Shown here in pieces: positions 13,902-26,875 of a stretch of 64,000 nucleotides of DNA. The notes under the pieces were generated by a model, which did not search any database, had not been told where the DNA came from, and saw nothing but the letters and a program-made list of their open reading frames with translations. Origin of the DNA: Octopus sinensis (taxonomy: Eukaryota); the NCBI RefSeq assembly GCF_006345805.1, contig NC_043014.1, positions 55,118,001 through 55,182,000 on the forward strand. The letters are read 5' to 3'. Position 1 is the stretch's first letter, and every line of letters starts with the position of its first letter. The position numbers and the translations under genes are program-made.

Positions 13902-14535
13902 TCATCGTTTAACATCCGTTTTCCATGCTGGCATGGGTTGGACGGTTCGATCGGGGTCTGGGAAGCCAGGAGGCTGCACCAGGCTCCAGTCTGATCTGGC
14001 AGTGTTTTATCATTATTATTATTATTATTACTATTATTATTAAGGTGGTGAGCTGGCAGAATCATTAGCACACCGGGCAAATTACTTAGCAGCATTTCAC
14101 CAGTCTTTACGCTCTGAGTTCAAATTCAGCTGAGGTTGACTTTGCTTCTCATCCTTTCAGGGTCAATAAATCGAGTACCAGTGACACACTGGGGTCAATG
14201 TAATCAACTGGTCCCCTTCTCCCAAATTCCAGGCCTTGTGCTTTTAGTAAAAAGGATTATCATTATTATTATTATGAAAGTAAATGCCTTCCATCCTGCT
14301 CTTATTCTCCTTGAGATTTCAGCATCCATATCTCAGCATGTATTCATTGTGTGCCCCAAGTAGGCAGCACAACGAAGGCTAGGCAGGCTGAAACTTCGAA
14401 GTCACTATCAACGCTATTCTTATGAAAGAACAATTAAATACACACACACAAGCTCATACATCGTTACCATCATCATTGTTTAAAGTCCATCTTAAACAAT
14501 TATGATGATGATGATGATGTATGATCTTGTAAATA

Positions 14536-14586
<51 letters not shown>

Positions 14587-15290
14587 ATGTATATACACAT
14601 GCACACACAAACAGATATATATGCATGTGTGTGTGTGTGTGTATATATAAAACCATGTAACCACTAACATTTGTTGATGCAAACAGTATTAACGGACATA
14701 TTAAAACAATATTCTGAAAATATTAAAATATTATTCAACATAAAATAAAAACCGCAGCTTCACTGGTGATACTTGAACCCGGCATCTGTCATTTGCCAGG
14801 TTTCCTCTTTCAAACTAGTGTTTAGAATGATTTGCCTTAGCAGTTAATTCCTAATTATCAAAAAATATGAAATTTCAAACAATCTTTTCCAGGAGAACCA
14901 AACTGCACATCTTCTACTAAGAGAAGGAAATCTCTTAACTCTTGCAGTAGAAGAATATAGACCGTTTCTCCCGTGGAATATTCTTTATAAAATGTTTATC
15001 TTCTTAACAAAATTTAAGACTGGAAATAAAATTTATTTGGCTTAAATGAGATTTAGAGAAGTTGTAACTTAGCATAAAAGAAAATCAAGTAAATGAATAA
15101 AGAGATAAAGTTATTATGGCTGAAGGTTCACAAAGGATGCATTATTTGAGGGAATATTAATTAGGAATATACTTAACACTCTTGGATACTATATAAGTTC
15201 AGCAACAATTTAGATTCAAATGAATATGATACCTAATTTAGATGCACCAGAATTTTGTGTGGTGTTATCCATAAAAATTTGCGGGGTGAT

Positions 15291-15493
15291 TATAATCAAA
15301 ATAACCAACGAGAATGATTCCGGTAATTTGGTACAATTGTTTCGCACTACAACATTTTATTAAAAGTTGTAATTATTACAGCAGATTTAAGATGTTGAGT
15401 GCTGTAATAATTACAACTTTTAATAATATGTTGTAGTGCGAAACAATTGTACCAAATTACCGGAGTCATTCTTGTTGCTTATTTTTGAGTATA
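15291..15493. repeat. Long inverted repeat, TA-flanked (MITE or foldback)
   Basis: About 93-bp arms (15291-15383, 15400-15493) with few mismatches and a 16-nt spacer. Confidence 0.85.
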
Positions 15494-15908
15494 TATATAT
15501 GTAGAGGTGGGTGAAATAAACACCTGAGATGTTTTATCCCACATGAAAACTGCAGGAGTGACTCATAGGTTTTGCAAGGTCTTCTGTGTCACCATCAGGT
15601 ATCTAAGGGTCGGAAGAAATAAGGGAACTGTTCCTCTTAGATAAATATATAAAGGTGCAGAAAATTTTCAAAATTTTTCAAGGAAATAGAATGAAATGAA
15701 TTGAAATAAAGCAAAAAAAATTTAAATGTAATAATCTAAATGCTTTACATTTGTTTATTTCATCTCGTTTCATTTCCTAGGAAAATCTGAAGACTTTTTG
15801 CACCTGTAATTAAATAAACTAAGGAACAATTTCTTCACTTCTTCTGACTAACCACATTGTTATTACCAACATACTATTATGTAGAAAAGTTTTATTCCTT
15901 ATATATAT

Positions 15909-16067
15909 ACAACTTGTAAACAAGGGCAAAAGAAAAAAATTCTAATGCCAAATATGCCGAAAATAGACAAATTGTCAATAACCATATAATTTATCACTAT
16001 AAGCACGCGTCTATTTGTCTATTTTCGGCATTAGAATTTTTTTCTTCTGCCCTTGTTTATAAGTTGT
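15909..16067. mobile_element. Probable Tc1/mariner-type MITE (long TIRs, TA-like flanks)
   Basis: acaacttgtaaacaagggc...gaaaatagacaaat pairs with atttgtctattttcggc...gcccttgtttataagttgt across a 40-nt spacer. Confidence 0.6.
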
Positions 16068-18273
16068 TTATAAATTCAACCTTTAAAGGTATTTTTTGAT
16101 ATGCTGGCCATTGATAGAATTTTTTTGAAAAATTTTATCCCATATTAGATATATATATATGGAGTTTAGAATTGCTTGGAAGTAAGGAGAAATAGAATGT
16201 GGCTTGAAGATGAGATGAGAGAAATTTGGATTTGTAATGATAGCGGGTGACATAATATATAAAAAAACGATAAAAAATGTCAGCAAGTTGAATATAAAAC
16301 AGCTGGATGATGGACAACGGTAACCAGGATTAATGTAAGACTTGGGATAGAGTTGAATTAAATTGAGAGAGTGATGACTGGCAGGAGGAGACCTAGATTC
16401 AAAACAGAAAGCAAGAGGAGGAATTACTATAATTCTGTGACACACCGTTCTGCAGAAGAGTTTATTTCTTTTAGGAAAACATTGGTCTCATCATCTATAG
16501 GCGCTGGTGTTCGTTTCTGTCACAAATCTGTGCTTCTAAAGTCTGATATTGATTTTTTACGTTGAACAACCTTGGTAGTAAAATCATTATTATTGAGGCT
16601 TGTTTGAAAGTAACTTTTGAAATAAACAGAGACTGAGAGAGAAGGAGAGAGAGAAGAGAGAGAGAGAGATCGATGGGTGATAGAAGGATTGTAGTTTCCA
16701 TCTTGTTTCTCTTCCGAGCTGATGAAGCCAAAGTATTTACATACTTCCAGGTCAGGTTGTAAAGCAATCTCAAGATGTCTCGAACCTTTTTTTTTGTGTC
16801 CAGAGGTTTAAGCAAGTTTGACAATAACACTGTGAAAATAATTACACAATTCACCATACAGCAAAACAACACAAAAACAAGAAGATACTTTGGCTGAAAC
16901 ATCAAAGAGAAGGAAATCCAAACTGCCATCTTCTGATGACTAGCGATGAACTCTGTCGTATTCTCTCCATAATTTGGGATGATTACATCACAAACAGATT
17001 AAACTAATGTAGACACAATTAAATTAAAGAAATTTTGCAAAAAAATAATAACAGATTCTTTCTCTTTCACAAGAAACTTTATGAATTTTCTCTCGCTGCT
17101 TCTCTAGATTTCAGTTAATGCATTTCTTAAAATCACCGGATGGTAGAGTGTCTTCCTATAAATAGATTGCATTATGTTGCCGGAGCTTTCTACAAGGAAA
17201 TGGAATGCTTCAGAGTAGAAGCATTTTATGGTTCATCGTCAGAGGCAACGCAGAAGGTTATTCCAGATTTCGTTTTATATGAATATCATTTCAGGCAGAG
17301 AGAACAACACACAGCAGTACACACGTGCACACACACACACACACTCGTGTATTAAATCTGTAAAAGTATAACTGTTTGCACAGTTGTATTTAACTCGGTC
17401 TCTCCTTAGATTTCTGATCTTCTTGTTCTCTGATTCAACATATACATATGTATGTGTGTATACATGTGTGTGTGTGTGAGTGTATGTGTGTGTGTTGTTC
17501 TTATATTTAACCAGAAGTCACATAGTGATGCTAGGGCCTTTCTCTTGATTGAAAATAAAATAAAAAAATACTCTCATATACTGAGTTCCATTTACCATTT
17601 GTTTGTTTGTTCTATGAAATTTTTATACATACATCCGTTGCCAGCCTTGCCTGGCCCCCGTGCCGGTGGCACGTAAAAGCACCATCCGATCATGGCCGTT
17701 TGCCAGCCTCGTCTGGCACCTGTGCCAGTGGCACGTAAAAAGCACCCACTACAGTCACGGAGTGGTTGGCGTTAGGAAGGGCATCCAGCCGTAGAAACAT
17801 TGCCAGATCAGACTGGAGCCTGGTGCAGCCTCCTGGCTTTCCAGACCCCGGTCAAAGCGTCCAACCCATGCTAGCATGGAAAGCGGATGCTAAACGGAAA
17901 ATGATATATGTGTATGTGTGTTCTCACTGTTTTTCCCTTGTACTGAATCTTAACACTATGTCATAGAAATATATTCTAAGAAACCTTCAGTAAGAGGAGA
18001 GAGGAAAAAAATGTGTAAATTATGCACAGAATACACGTTTGAATTTTTAAACTGAATGTATAGATTCTGAAGTTTGAGTTAAGGAAATATGAAATAAAGA
18101 GAATATTTTCCTAAATAATTGAAAAACAGAATTAATTATACTGGGAATTGGGATCTGGTTTCAACATGTTTCTTATATACAGGATCTTACTGAAAGAAAT
18201 AATTATGATAATAAATCACAGTCAGGTGGAGAAAAAGGATGCATTTGGAGAATTGTATTGTTGGGAGACTCAC

Positions 18274-18468
18274 CGAGGAGAAAGGGCAAGTGGTTCTAAG
18301 TGGGGTTTCCCATCAGCTGGTGCTGAATTCTTACGAATTTGGTAAGCATTAGCTGATTTCCCCACTGGGGTTGACGCAGATGTCTCCGCCTGCTTAGCTT
18401 TCAACCTGCGTTCTATCATGAGATAATACGTAGCAGCAATGTGGTCATAAGAATCTTTTTCCAGTGAT
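18274..18468 (-). CDS. SNRK: SNF-related kinase, internal exon (end of UBA-like region and start of tail)
   Basis: Encodes SLEKDSYDHIAATYYLMIERRLKAKQAE...PHLEPLALSP, resembling SNRK ALETNRYNHITATYFLLAERIL. Acceptor tttcttttgtAG|a, donor cctcg|GTGAGT; 195 nt, in frame with the previous exon (tt+a = Leu). Confidence 0.9.
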
Positions 18469-18659
18469 CTACAAAAGAAAAAGAAAAAAAAAGGGATATT
18501 TTGGTAAGCAACGCAATAAAAGGTTGTTGAAGATGGACCAGAAAAACCTAGTTGTGTTAGCAATGACAATGTATTCCCAATCACGGCTGATTTGGGACCT
18601 AAACAACAACCACAAACACCTGTAAAGAAGCTGATTACGAGTGTTAAAGGTCATTGTCG

Positions 18660-19100
18660 GGGTAATCTTTAAAGCACCGTCCGAATGTGGCCGATGCCAG
18701 CACTGCTTTGACTGGCTTCCATGCCAGTCGCATGTAAAAAGCACCCCAACCAATCGAGGTCGTTGCCAGCCCCCTGTGGCCCCTGTGCCGGTGGCATGTA
18801 AAAATCACCCCAACCGATCGTGGTCGTTGCCAGCCCCCTCTGGCCCCTGTGCCGGTGGCATGTAAAAAGTACCCCAACCGATCGTGGTCGTTGCCAGCCC
18901 CCTCTGGCCCCTGTGCCAGTGGCATGTAAAAAGCACCCACTACACTCTCGGAGTGGTTGGTGCTAGGAAGAGCATCCTGCTGTAGAAATACTGCCAGATC
19001 AAGATTGGAGCCTGGTGCAGCCTCCTGGCTTCCCAGACTCCAAGTTGAACCGTCCAACCCATGCCAGCATGGAAAACAGACGTTAAACAATGATGATGAT
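18660..19100 (+). mobile_element. SINE family C
   Basis: Several ~58-bp internal units, conserved body and (GAT)n tail; lies about 190 nt from the acceptor of the 18274-18468 exon. Confidence 0.85.
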
Positions 19101-20035
19101 GAATCCCTTCGTGACAGACTGGTTGAATAGATTTACAATGCAGTATTTTTACATTTTTTTCTTCTTTTACTTGATGATGGGGCCAAAAATTGAGCCCTAG
19201 TTTTATGTTGAACTGGTATTATTTCACCAAATCCCTCCAAATTCTTACTCTTTTCTAAATTAACCAAAACACATAGGGGGTAGTATATTTCTGTAGAAAT
19301 AAATAGTAAAGAAAAGGGATAAAGAAGACACTTGGCTACCAGTTCACAGCATCTTTTCTACCCAGCATGCAACATCCATTTGCTTAAATTTGATCAAATG
19401 TTCTCATTTGCAGGTAGATTTTTCTGCTGGCATTTCTGAAATAATACCAAACTTAGCTTCCTAATAAGCTGGTTTCTGCAACCTATTTGATCACACAAGT
19501 TATAACTTGAAGAATTTTCCGTTGCGCAATAACAGACGCATCTAAATTAAGTCAGCTGCAAATGCCTTCTGGTTGTGTTCAGATCAGGTTTTCCTGTCAA
19601 CTAATTGATGCCTTTGCTGCCAGTTTACCGTTTTGCTTCCAGCTTTCTTGGAGTTTTCGTGCTACTTTTCCTATTGATTTTGTCAAAAGAACAACAACAT
19701 CATTTGCTGCAGGAAATTTCGAGAGACACTCGGTGTATTTTGGAAGCTGCCATTACAGTTTGTAATGTAATGACTTCAGGAAAACTTTTACCGAACATCT
19801 ACCTCCACTTCTATTTATATTTTAACCTTTTAGCATTTAAACTGGCGGCCGTATTCAGCCCAATTATTCTACGTGTTTTAGGTTTGGATCAGCCACACCT
19901 GGCCTCTCACAACACACCTACATTGTCGTTTTCAAAATAAAGAATGGCATCACCAAAATCTCAAAGCTCCAAGATGTTGTGCAATCAATTTTAAATGATG
20001 TCAATAAATATGCATTAGATTTGACAGAGTAACCT

Positions 20036-20248
20036 ATTTCTTTATTACCCACAAGGGGCTAAACACAGAGGGGACAAACAAGGACAGGCAAACTGATTAA
20101 GTCGATTACATCGACCCCAGTGCGTAACTGGTACTTAATTTATCAACCCCGAAAGGACGAAAGGCAAAGTCGACCTCGGTGGAATTTGAACTCACAACGT
20201 AACGCAGATGAAATACCGCTAAGCATTTCGCCCGGCGTGCTAACGTTT
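20036..20248 (-). mobile_element. SINE family A, 5'-truncated, 11-bp TSD
   Basis: TSD cagagtaacct at 20025-20035 and 20249-20259. Confidence 0.85.
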
Positions 20249-20669
20249 CAGAGTAACCTGAAAGGGTTAAATGAATGCATTAGCAAACCAATGAAAAAGG
20301 CTTTTATGTGGTTGCTCAACTTGCTAAAAAACGTCAGATAAAATCTCCCTCAAATTATAGCCAACTATTTTAAAGCAACAAGAAAGCCTCTCGTGATAAT
20401 GCAGTCTTGCATATGTAGCTTTAGAAAAAAGAATAAAAGAAAACACGATAGGATGGTCACACCTGGAATGCTTCTGATTGTAACCTGACCTTATAAGAAC
20501 TGATCTGGAGTCACAGAAAAACAGGTTTAGTAACCTATCCCGACAGTTTGCTAATTTAGGTTTTTCTATTTGGGGTCAGGACATGGAGGATTGGCCTATA
20601 GTGATTTCTTTAAATTAGGTAGTAAACCAGTTTCTCTTTTACCTTTTTTTTATATATAATATAATATCA

Positions 20670-20706
<37 letters not shown>

Positions 20707-22719
20707 TTTTCTTAGGCATGATGATACTAAAAACCTGGTTGTTAGAACTCAATGTACATATGCTTCAGGATAAAGTGTTAGGTGAGCACAGGGAGTAATA
20801 CGGAACTAAATAAAAGACAAGGGATCAGAAAATTATATTATCAACTTCACATTAGCTTACACCTGTTTCTGCTACAAGACGCAGTGCACCCAGAGCTGAG
20901 AACTTGTGCATCACCTTATAACTTTTTTGAAGCCTTTAAAACGAAACACAAGCAATTCCCTTTACAGACATTAAATGGTGATGATGATAAAATTGTACAC
21001 ACACACATATATATATATATATATTGTAGAATTGACCTCCCTGATATTAATTTAATCAACCCCTAAAGAGATGAAGGTAAAAGTTGACCCATGGCAGGAT
21101 TTGAAGGACATAAAACGGAACCTGAAAGACATTAGGGTACATAATAGTGGAACCTGATCTGATCTGCAAGGGCCTCCCAAAGACCGGGGTAAAGTCTATA
21201 CAAAGAATTAGGGATCACCTGATTTCATAATCTGCTCAAAGATCTGGTCTGGCTACAGACTTTCAATAAACCCTTATTACAGAAAACTGTAATGTCATTT
21301 TAGCTGAAATCTACATTCACAAGAAACTAGGAAGGGATTCATATAAACGAATAACCCAACAAATAAGGCAGCAAATAACCAAAGGGAAAGTGCAGTGGTT
21401 TAAATAAATAAAGTTACTGTGATGAAAGAAGGAAAATGTCTGACATTTTGGGTTTCAGGCTTCTTGTCAAGAAAGAGAAGAGAGATTTCCATGTGTTGTA
21501 GTGGTAATGTATCTAGATACGTTACACCTGCTTGCACACAGAAATTTCTCTTTTCTTGATCAATTATATTATATGGAATTTTTTTCTTGTTTTTGGTAAA
21601 AAATAAGCAAAATACTCAAGCCTGAAATGTTGAATTTTCTCCTTTTTCTACCCAGCATGCAACATTCAACTGCTTAAATTTGACAAAAAATATTCTCCTA
21701 ATTTGCTGGCTGATTTTTCTACGGGTATTTCTTAACTCATACAAAACTTGGCTTCCCATTTGTAACATATTTGATCAGACCGGTTCCACCTTGCAAGACT
21801 TTTCTGTTACATAATACCATAGATATATCTGTAGTGACACTATTTTTGGAAGTTTTCAGCGTGCATGCGCAGAGTTGGATTACTTCTGGTAGGCCGCTGG
21901 AAGTTCCCTCATGCGCATGCGCAGAGAACTGCAAACTGAAAGTGTTCCCGCTAAATCTGTCCTTTTTGAATCAGCAACCCTGAGTGGACATGACCACCTT
22001 CTCTCAGGGAAAACCCTACATATAGAGAAGCTCTCTTCTAAGCGGGAATGGAGATGGTAATTTTCACTCACACAAGTAAACATTTGTGAACAGTCTTGTG
22101 GACTTGGCTACCAGTTTGCTCTTAAGAAAAATATTTGTGTATATATTTTTATTTGCGAAACCCGAAAAATAAAGTATTATTTATTGTTATTGAAGACAGT
22201 CGGATTTTGGTTCTATCTTCGACAATTGTATGTGACGAGATAAGACAGACACCCCTCAAGTGTTCCTGAGACCTTCATCTTCTTACATATCTAAATAAAA
22301 TCAGCCGCAACTGCCTTCTGGGTGTGTTCAGCTCAGGTTGTCCTATCAATTAATTGATGCTTTTGCTCCCAGTTTCATCATAACTACATTTATTTAAACA
22401 GACACATTTCTTCTATCATTTTAACTCTTTTCTTTGTTCAGAATAAAGTATGAAATTACTATTGATTTCACACTTGATTCTGAACAAAGGGTTGATTTTT
22501 AACTGTTTTATTTGCATACAATAATATTCAAAAGCCAGTTGAGTGGACAGAATGATAGAGTATCAGATTAAATGCCATAGAGTATGAAAAAAGTCCTCCT
22601 TAGTATTCTGGGTTCAAATCTCATCTGCCCAAGTTTGACATTAACTTTTCAGGTTTTTCATAAAAAGATCAACTAATCACTACCACCTCCGTTTTAATAC
22701 CAGGAAATTGTAGTTGTGA

Positions 22720-23045
22720 TACCAGTGCCGGTGGCATGTAAAAAGCACCATCCGTACGTGGCCGTTGCCAGTGCCACCTTGACTGACTTCTGTGCCGGTG
22801 GCACGTAAAAAGCACCAACCGATCATGGCCGTTGCCAGCCTCGCCTGGCAGCTGTGCCGGTGGCACAAAAAAAGCACCCACTACACTCCTGGAGTGGTTG
22901 GTGTTAGGAAGGGCATCCAGCTGTAGAAACACTGCCAGATCAGACTGGAGCCTGGTGCAGCCTCTTGGCTTCCCAGACCCCGGTCGAACTGTCCAATACA
23001 TGCTACATGGAAAACAGACGTTAAACGATAATGATGATGATGACA
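22720..23045 (+). mobile_element. SINE family C
   Basis: Internal units, conserved body and (GAT)n tail. Confidence 0.8.
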
Positions 23046-24524
23046 GGTTAAACCCAAACTTGTTGAGGCAGATTCTCTTCACTTGGAAGCAGTAACCAAT
23101 CCTCACCTGCTTCCAAGCAAGATAATACCTTCACTAATCCTTTGAACACAAAACATCAGAATGGCCAGGTATATTTTCATAAAGGATTGCAAACAAACAA
23201 AACCGCTTGTATTATGATGAGCTTTGTTTACAATTGACACAAGTCAAAACAAGAAGGTACGACCATAAACATTACACACAAGGTGGACATTAAACGATAA
23301 TGACACCTAAACACACATACATGTATATATATTAATTAAAGGAGTCGCTTGAAATGGTCATAATGAATTGACACCTGTACATCTTTGTTACTCATTTATT
23401 ATATATATTCTATCTTTTACTTGTTTCAATCATTAGACTGTGGCCATGCTGGGGTACCACCTTAAAGAACATTTAAGAGAAGAGGAATTATTTACATTAT
23501 TTACATTTGACGGATATTTTCTTGTTTGCTGTGAATAAAATATATATATATATATGTATATGATGGGCTTTTTTCAGTTTCTGTCTACCAAATTCACTCA
23601 CAAAGCTTTGGTTGGCTTGAGGCTAGAGTAGAAGACGCCTCCCTGTGGTGTCACGCAGTGGGACTGAACTCAGAACCATGGTGGTTAGAAAACAAGCTTC
23701 TTGCCTATCTATCTATCTATCTATCTATCTATATCATTGTTTAAAGCCTGTTTTCCATGCTGGCAATGTGTATGAGTTTGTGCATTCCCCACTTACAAAA
23801 TATGTAAAAATTGTACCAGCAACAATTTGTTCTAGTACTCTAACTGGGCCAATATAACAAGTTTCTCAGCAGCAGCAGTCCCAACATAAGAAAAAAAATA
23901 TACATAAACAAAGAAAAAAAAGACAAAAAAAAAGAACCCCCACCCCCCCAGTCACAGCAAAACTGTTATGCCTTCATCACATTCACATGAAAAAACGAAT
24001 CTAGTTCAACCAAGGTGAGATAACATTCCTTCCACAGAGATCTTATGAAAGCTTGTATTATGTGTTGCAATAACAAAAAGCGGTATTGTCAAAGACACAG
24101 AGAGCTACAGTGAGAAACCTGAACCGAACTTCCGTTTGCTAGGGTGCGGCACTCGTCCTCCACCCGCCCATCTACCCCCCTCACCACCACCCTGTCAGTC
24201 CTACTGATCCAAAATTAAAATCTCAGGCACATTTACTCACATTTTCTACCTGCTGATGAAAATAGCAATAACAATAACATAATGATAATAATAATAATAA
24301 TAATGATTCTTTCTGCCAGAGGAACACGGCCAGAAATATTTGTGGGGAGGGGGACTAATTGATTACATCGACCCCAGTGTTCAGCTGGTACTAATTTTTA
24401 TCTCGACCTCGAAAGAATGGAAAGGCAGGCTCGACCTTGAATGTATTTGAACTCAGAACGTAAAGACAGACAACATACTGCTAAGCATTATGCTCAGCGT
24501 GCTAACAACTCTGCCATCTTGCAG

Positions 24525-24613
24525 TAATAATAATAATAATAATGAGGATGATAATAATAATAATAATAATAGTAATAATGATAATAGTAATAATAATAAT
24601 AGTAATAATAATA

Positions 24614-24659
<46 letters not shown>

Positions 24660-24895
24660 CAATAATAATAATGATAATAATAACAACAATAATAATAATA
24701 ATAATAATAAAATAATAATAATAATAATAATAATAATGACAATAATAATAATGATAATAATAATAATAATAATGATGATGATGATGATGATGATAGTAGT
24801 AGTAGTAGTAATAATATAATAATAATAATAATAATAATAATAAAATAATAGTAGTAGTAGTAGTAGTAGTAGTAGTAATAATAATAATAGTAGTA

Positions 24896-24935
<40 letters not shown>

Positions 24936-24975
24936 TGCTGATGATGATAATGATGATGATGATGATGATAATAAT
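24525..24975. repeat. Compound trinucleotide microsatellite (AAT)n/(AGT)n/(GAT)n
   Basis: Read directly; gives the poly-N/I/L/Y ORFs. Confidence 0.96.
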
Positions 24976-25501
24976 CCTTTCTACTAAAGGCACAAGACCT
25001 GAAATTTCAGGGAAAGGGGCTAGTTGTTTCGATCAGCCCCAGTATGCAACTGGTACTTAATTTATCGACCCCTGAAAGGATGAAAGGTAAAGTTGACCTT
25101 GGCAGGAGTTGAACTCAGAATGCCCAATGTACTAACGATTCTGCCTGTTCACCATTTTACTAATCAGCTTAATAAAAATACTAATACAACAACAATAGTA
25201 TTTTTACAACAACAACACAACTAAGAAAGGTCGTTGCATTGTTGTTTAACCCAAGGTAAGTCCTGACTGAGAAGGAATATGATCGCAGATGTTACAACCA
25301 TGACCTTCCCTTCATTTTTTTTTGGTGCATGTAGGACCACTTTAATGTAGCTTTTTGTTACTTAAGACGGTTGATTATGATTCAAGAGAGAGGTTAGGTT
25401 GCTATTTCTAGCAAGCAGCAGCATGATCACAATGAAGCACCCTAACATGGCTTGAACAGTAACAGGTGTATATAAGAATAGAATGCAGGTGAAGTACATA
25501 C

Positions 25502-25717
25502 AATGCGATTTCTTCTTTAGTTGCCATCCTGCCTTCAATCATGCGTTCCACGATGTATGCATGGTCATCGGCAGAGACGAGGCTCCGAGACAGCAGAGGT
25601 ATATTGACACTTATGTTTGAGTAGGGAACATCTCCACTCTTCAACCATGCGTGGTTCATTATTTGTTCCAGACTAGCGCGTTGGTTTGGTTCTCTGATCA
25701 GCATACTAGAAATTAAA
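25502..25717 (-). CDS. SNRK: SNF-related kinase, internal exon (end of kinase domain and start of UBA-like region)
   Basis: Encodes LISSMLIREPNQRASLEQIMNHAWL...NIPLLSRSLVSADDHAYIVERMIEGRMATKEEIA. Acceptor tctgtttttccAG|t, donor gcatt|GTATGT; 216 nt. Phase 2 joins the previous exon in frame (tc+t = Ser). Confidence 0.92.
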
Positions 25718-25861
25718 CTGGAAAAACAGAAAGAAAAAGACATAAGGAGAGATATATCACATATGAAAAATAAACAAAAACATTAACGAAATCTTAAAAC
25801 TTGGAAATTTAAACATTACATCTCTGTAATAATAATAATAATAATAATAATGATGATGATA

Positions 25862-26255
25862 ATCTCTCTCTATATAAAGCTGAAGTTGTCTGTGTATGGC
25901 AGGTTCGGTAGCCTTCAACTAACACTATCTCCTTCGAGACCCTGCGGCACAAGTTGACCAAAATTGAGAGTATGATAGAAGAAGGCTTGCTCTTCCTTCC
26001 GCAGAAGAAAAAATTCAAATCGGACCATGTTAACACCAAAAATTATTTACATCAAAAAGGTGCTTTTTTTTCTATGAAAATCCTTAATTTTTACGATTTT
26101 TTGACTGCTGTGTCGCCATTTTTTGGTGTATTTCAACCAGAAAAATGTTCACTTAAATAGAATAACAAGCTACATAAAGCAAAATTTTTACTTTTCAAAA
26201 ATTCCAATTCTAAAGGGTCAAAACAAACCCGAGCAACGCCGGGCGATACTGTTAT
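25862..26255 (+). mobile_element. Non-autonomous Helitron-like element, second subfamily
   Basis: 5' TC...tatataaagctgaagttgtctgtgt. Its 3' end aaacccgagcaacgccgggcgatactg is identical to the Helitron-like copies at 29827 and 42011, but the interior differs. Confidence 0.65.
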
Positions 26256-26830
26256 TAATAGTAATAAACCTGAAGGTATCTTGACCACAAACCCAAACGC
26301 ATCATCAAAAATGGTAATGCAGCTCAGAATGGAGTGATGAGTGAAATACTACTAAGCATTTCGTCCAGTGTGCTAACAATTCTGCCAGCCCGCTGCCTTT
26401 ATAATAATAATAATAATGATGAGAATAATGATAATCATCATAATAATCCCTTCTACAAAATGCACAAGGCCTGAAATTTTGGGGGGAGGAGGGGACAAGT
26501 TGATTACATCAACCTCCCCAGTGTTTCACTGGTACTTAATTCATCAACCCCGAAAGGATGAAAGGCTAAGTTGACCCTGGCGGAATTTTAATAATAATAA
26601 TAAACCTTTCTACCATAGGCACAAGGCCTGAAATTTTTGCAGGGAGGAATTAGTTCATTACACTGACCCCGCCTCAGTATTCAACTGGTACTTATTTTAT
26701 TGACCCCCTCCCCCGAACGGATGAAAGGCAAAGTCACACCTTGGCGGAATTTGAACTCAGAATGTAAAGACAGACGAAATGCTGTTGAGCATTTTGTCTG
26801 GCGTGCTAACGATTCTCACAGATTGCCACC

Positions 26831-26875
<45 letters not shown>

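Noticed and set aside
14365-14405. Second hammerhead-like motif (caacgaaggctaggcaggctgaaac)
   Set aside because: The core is broken and stem II does not pair; at most a dead relic.
16495-16929. 144-aa hydrophobic ORF as a membrane protein
   Set aside because: Hydrophobicity comes from T-rich and (TC)n sequence; no domain or splice support.
24453-24993. Poly-Asn/Leu/Tyr/Ile ORFs
   Set aside because: Trinucleotide microsatellite.
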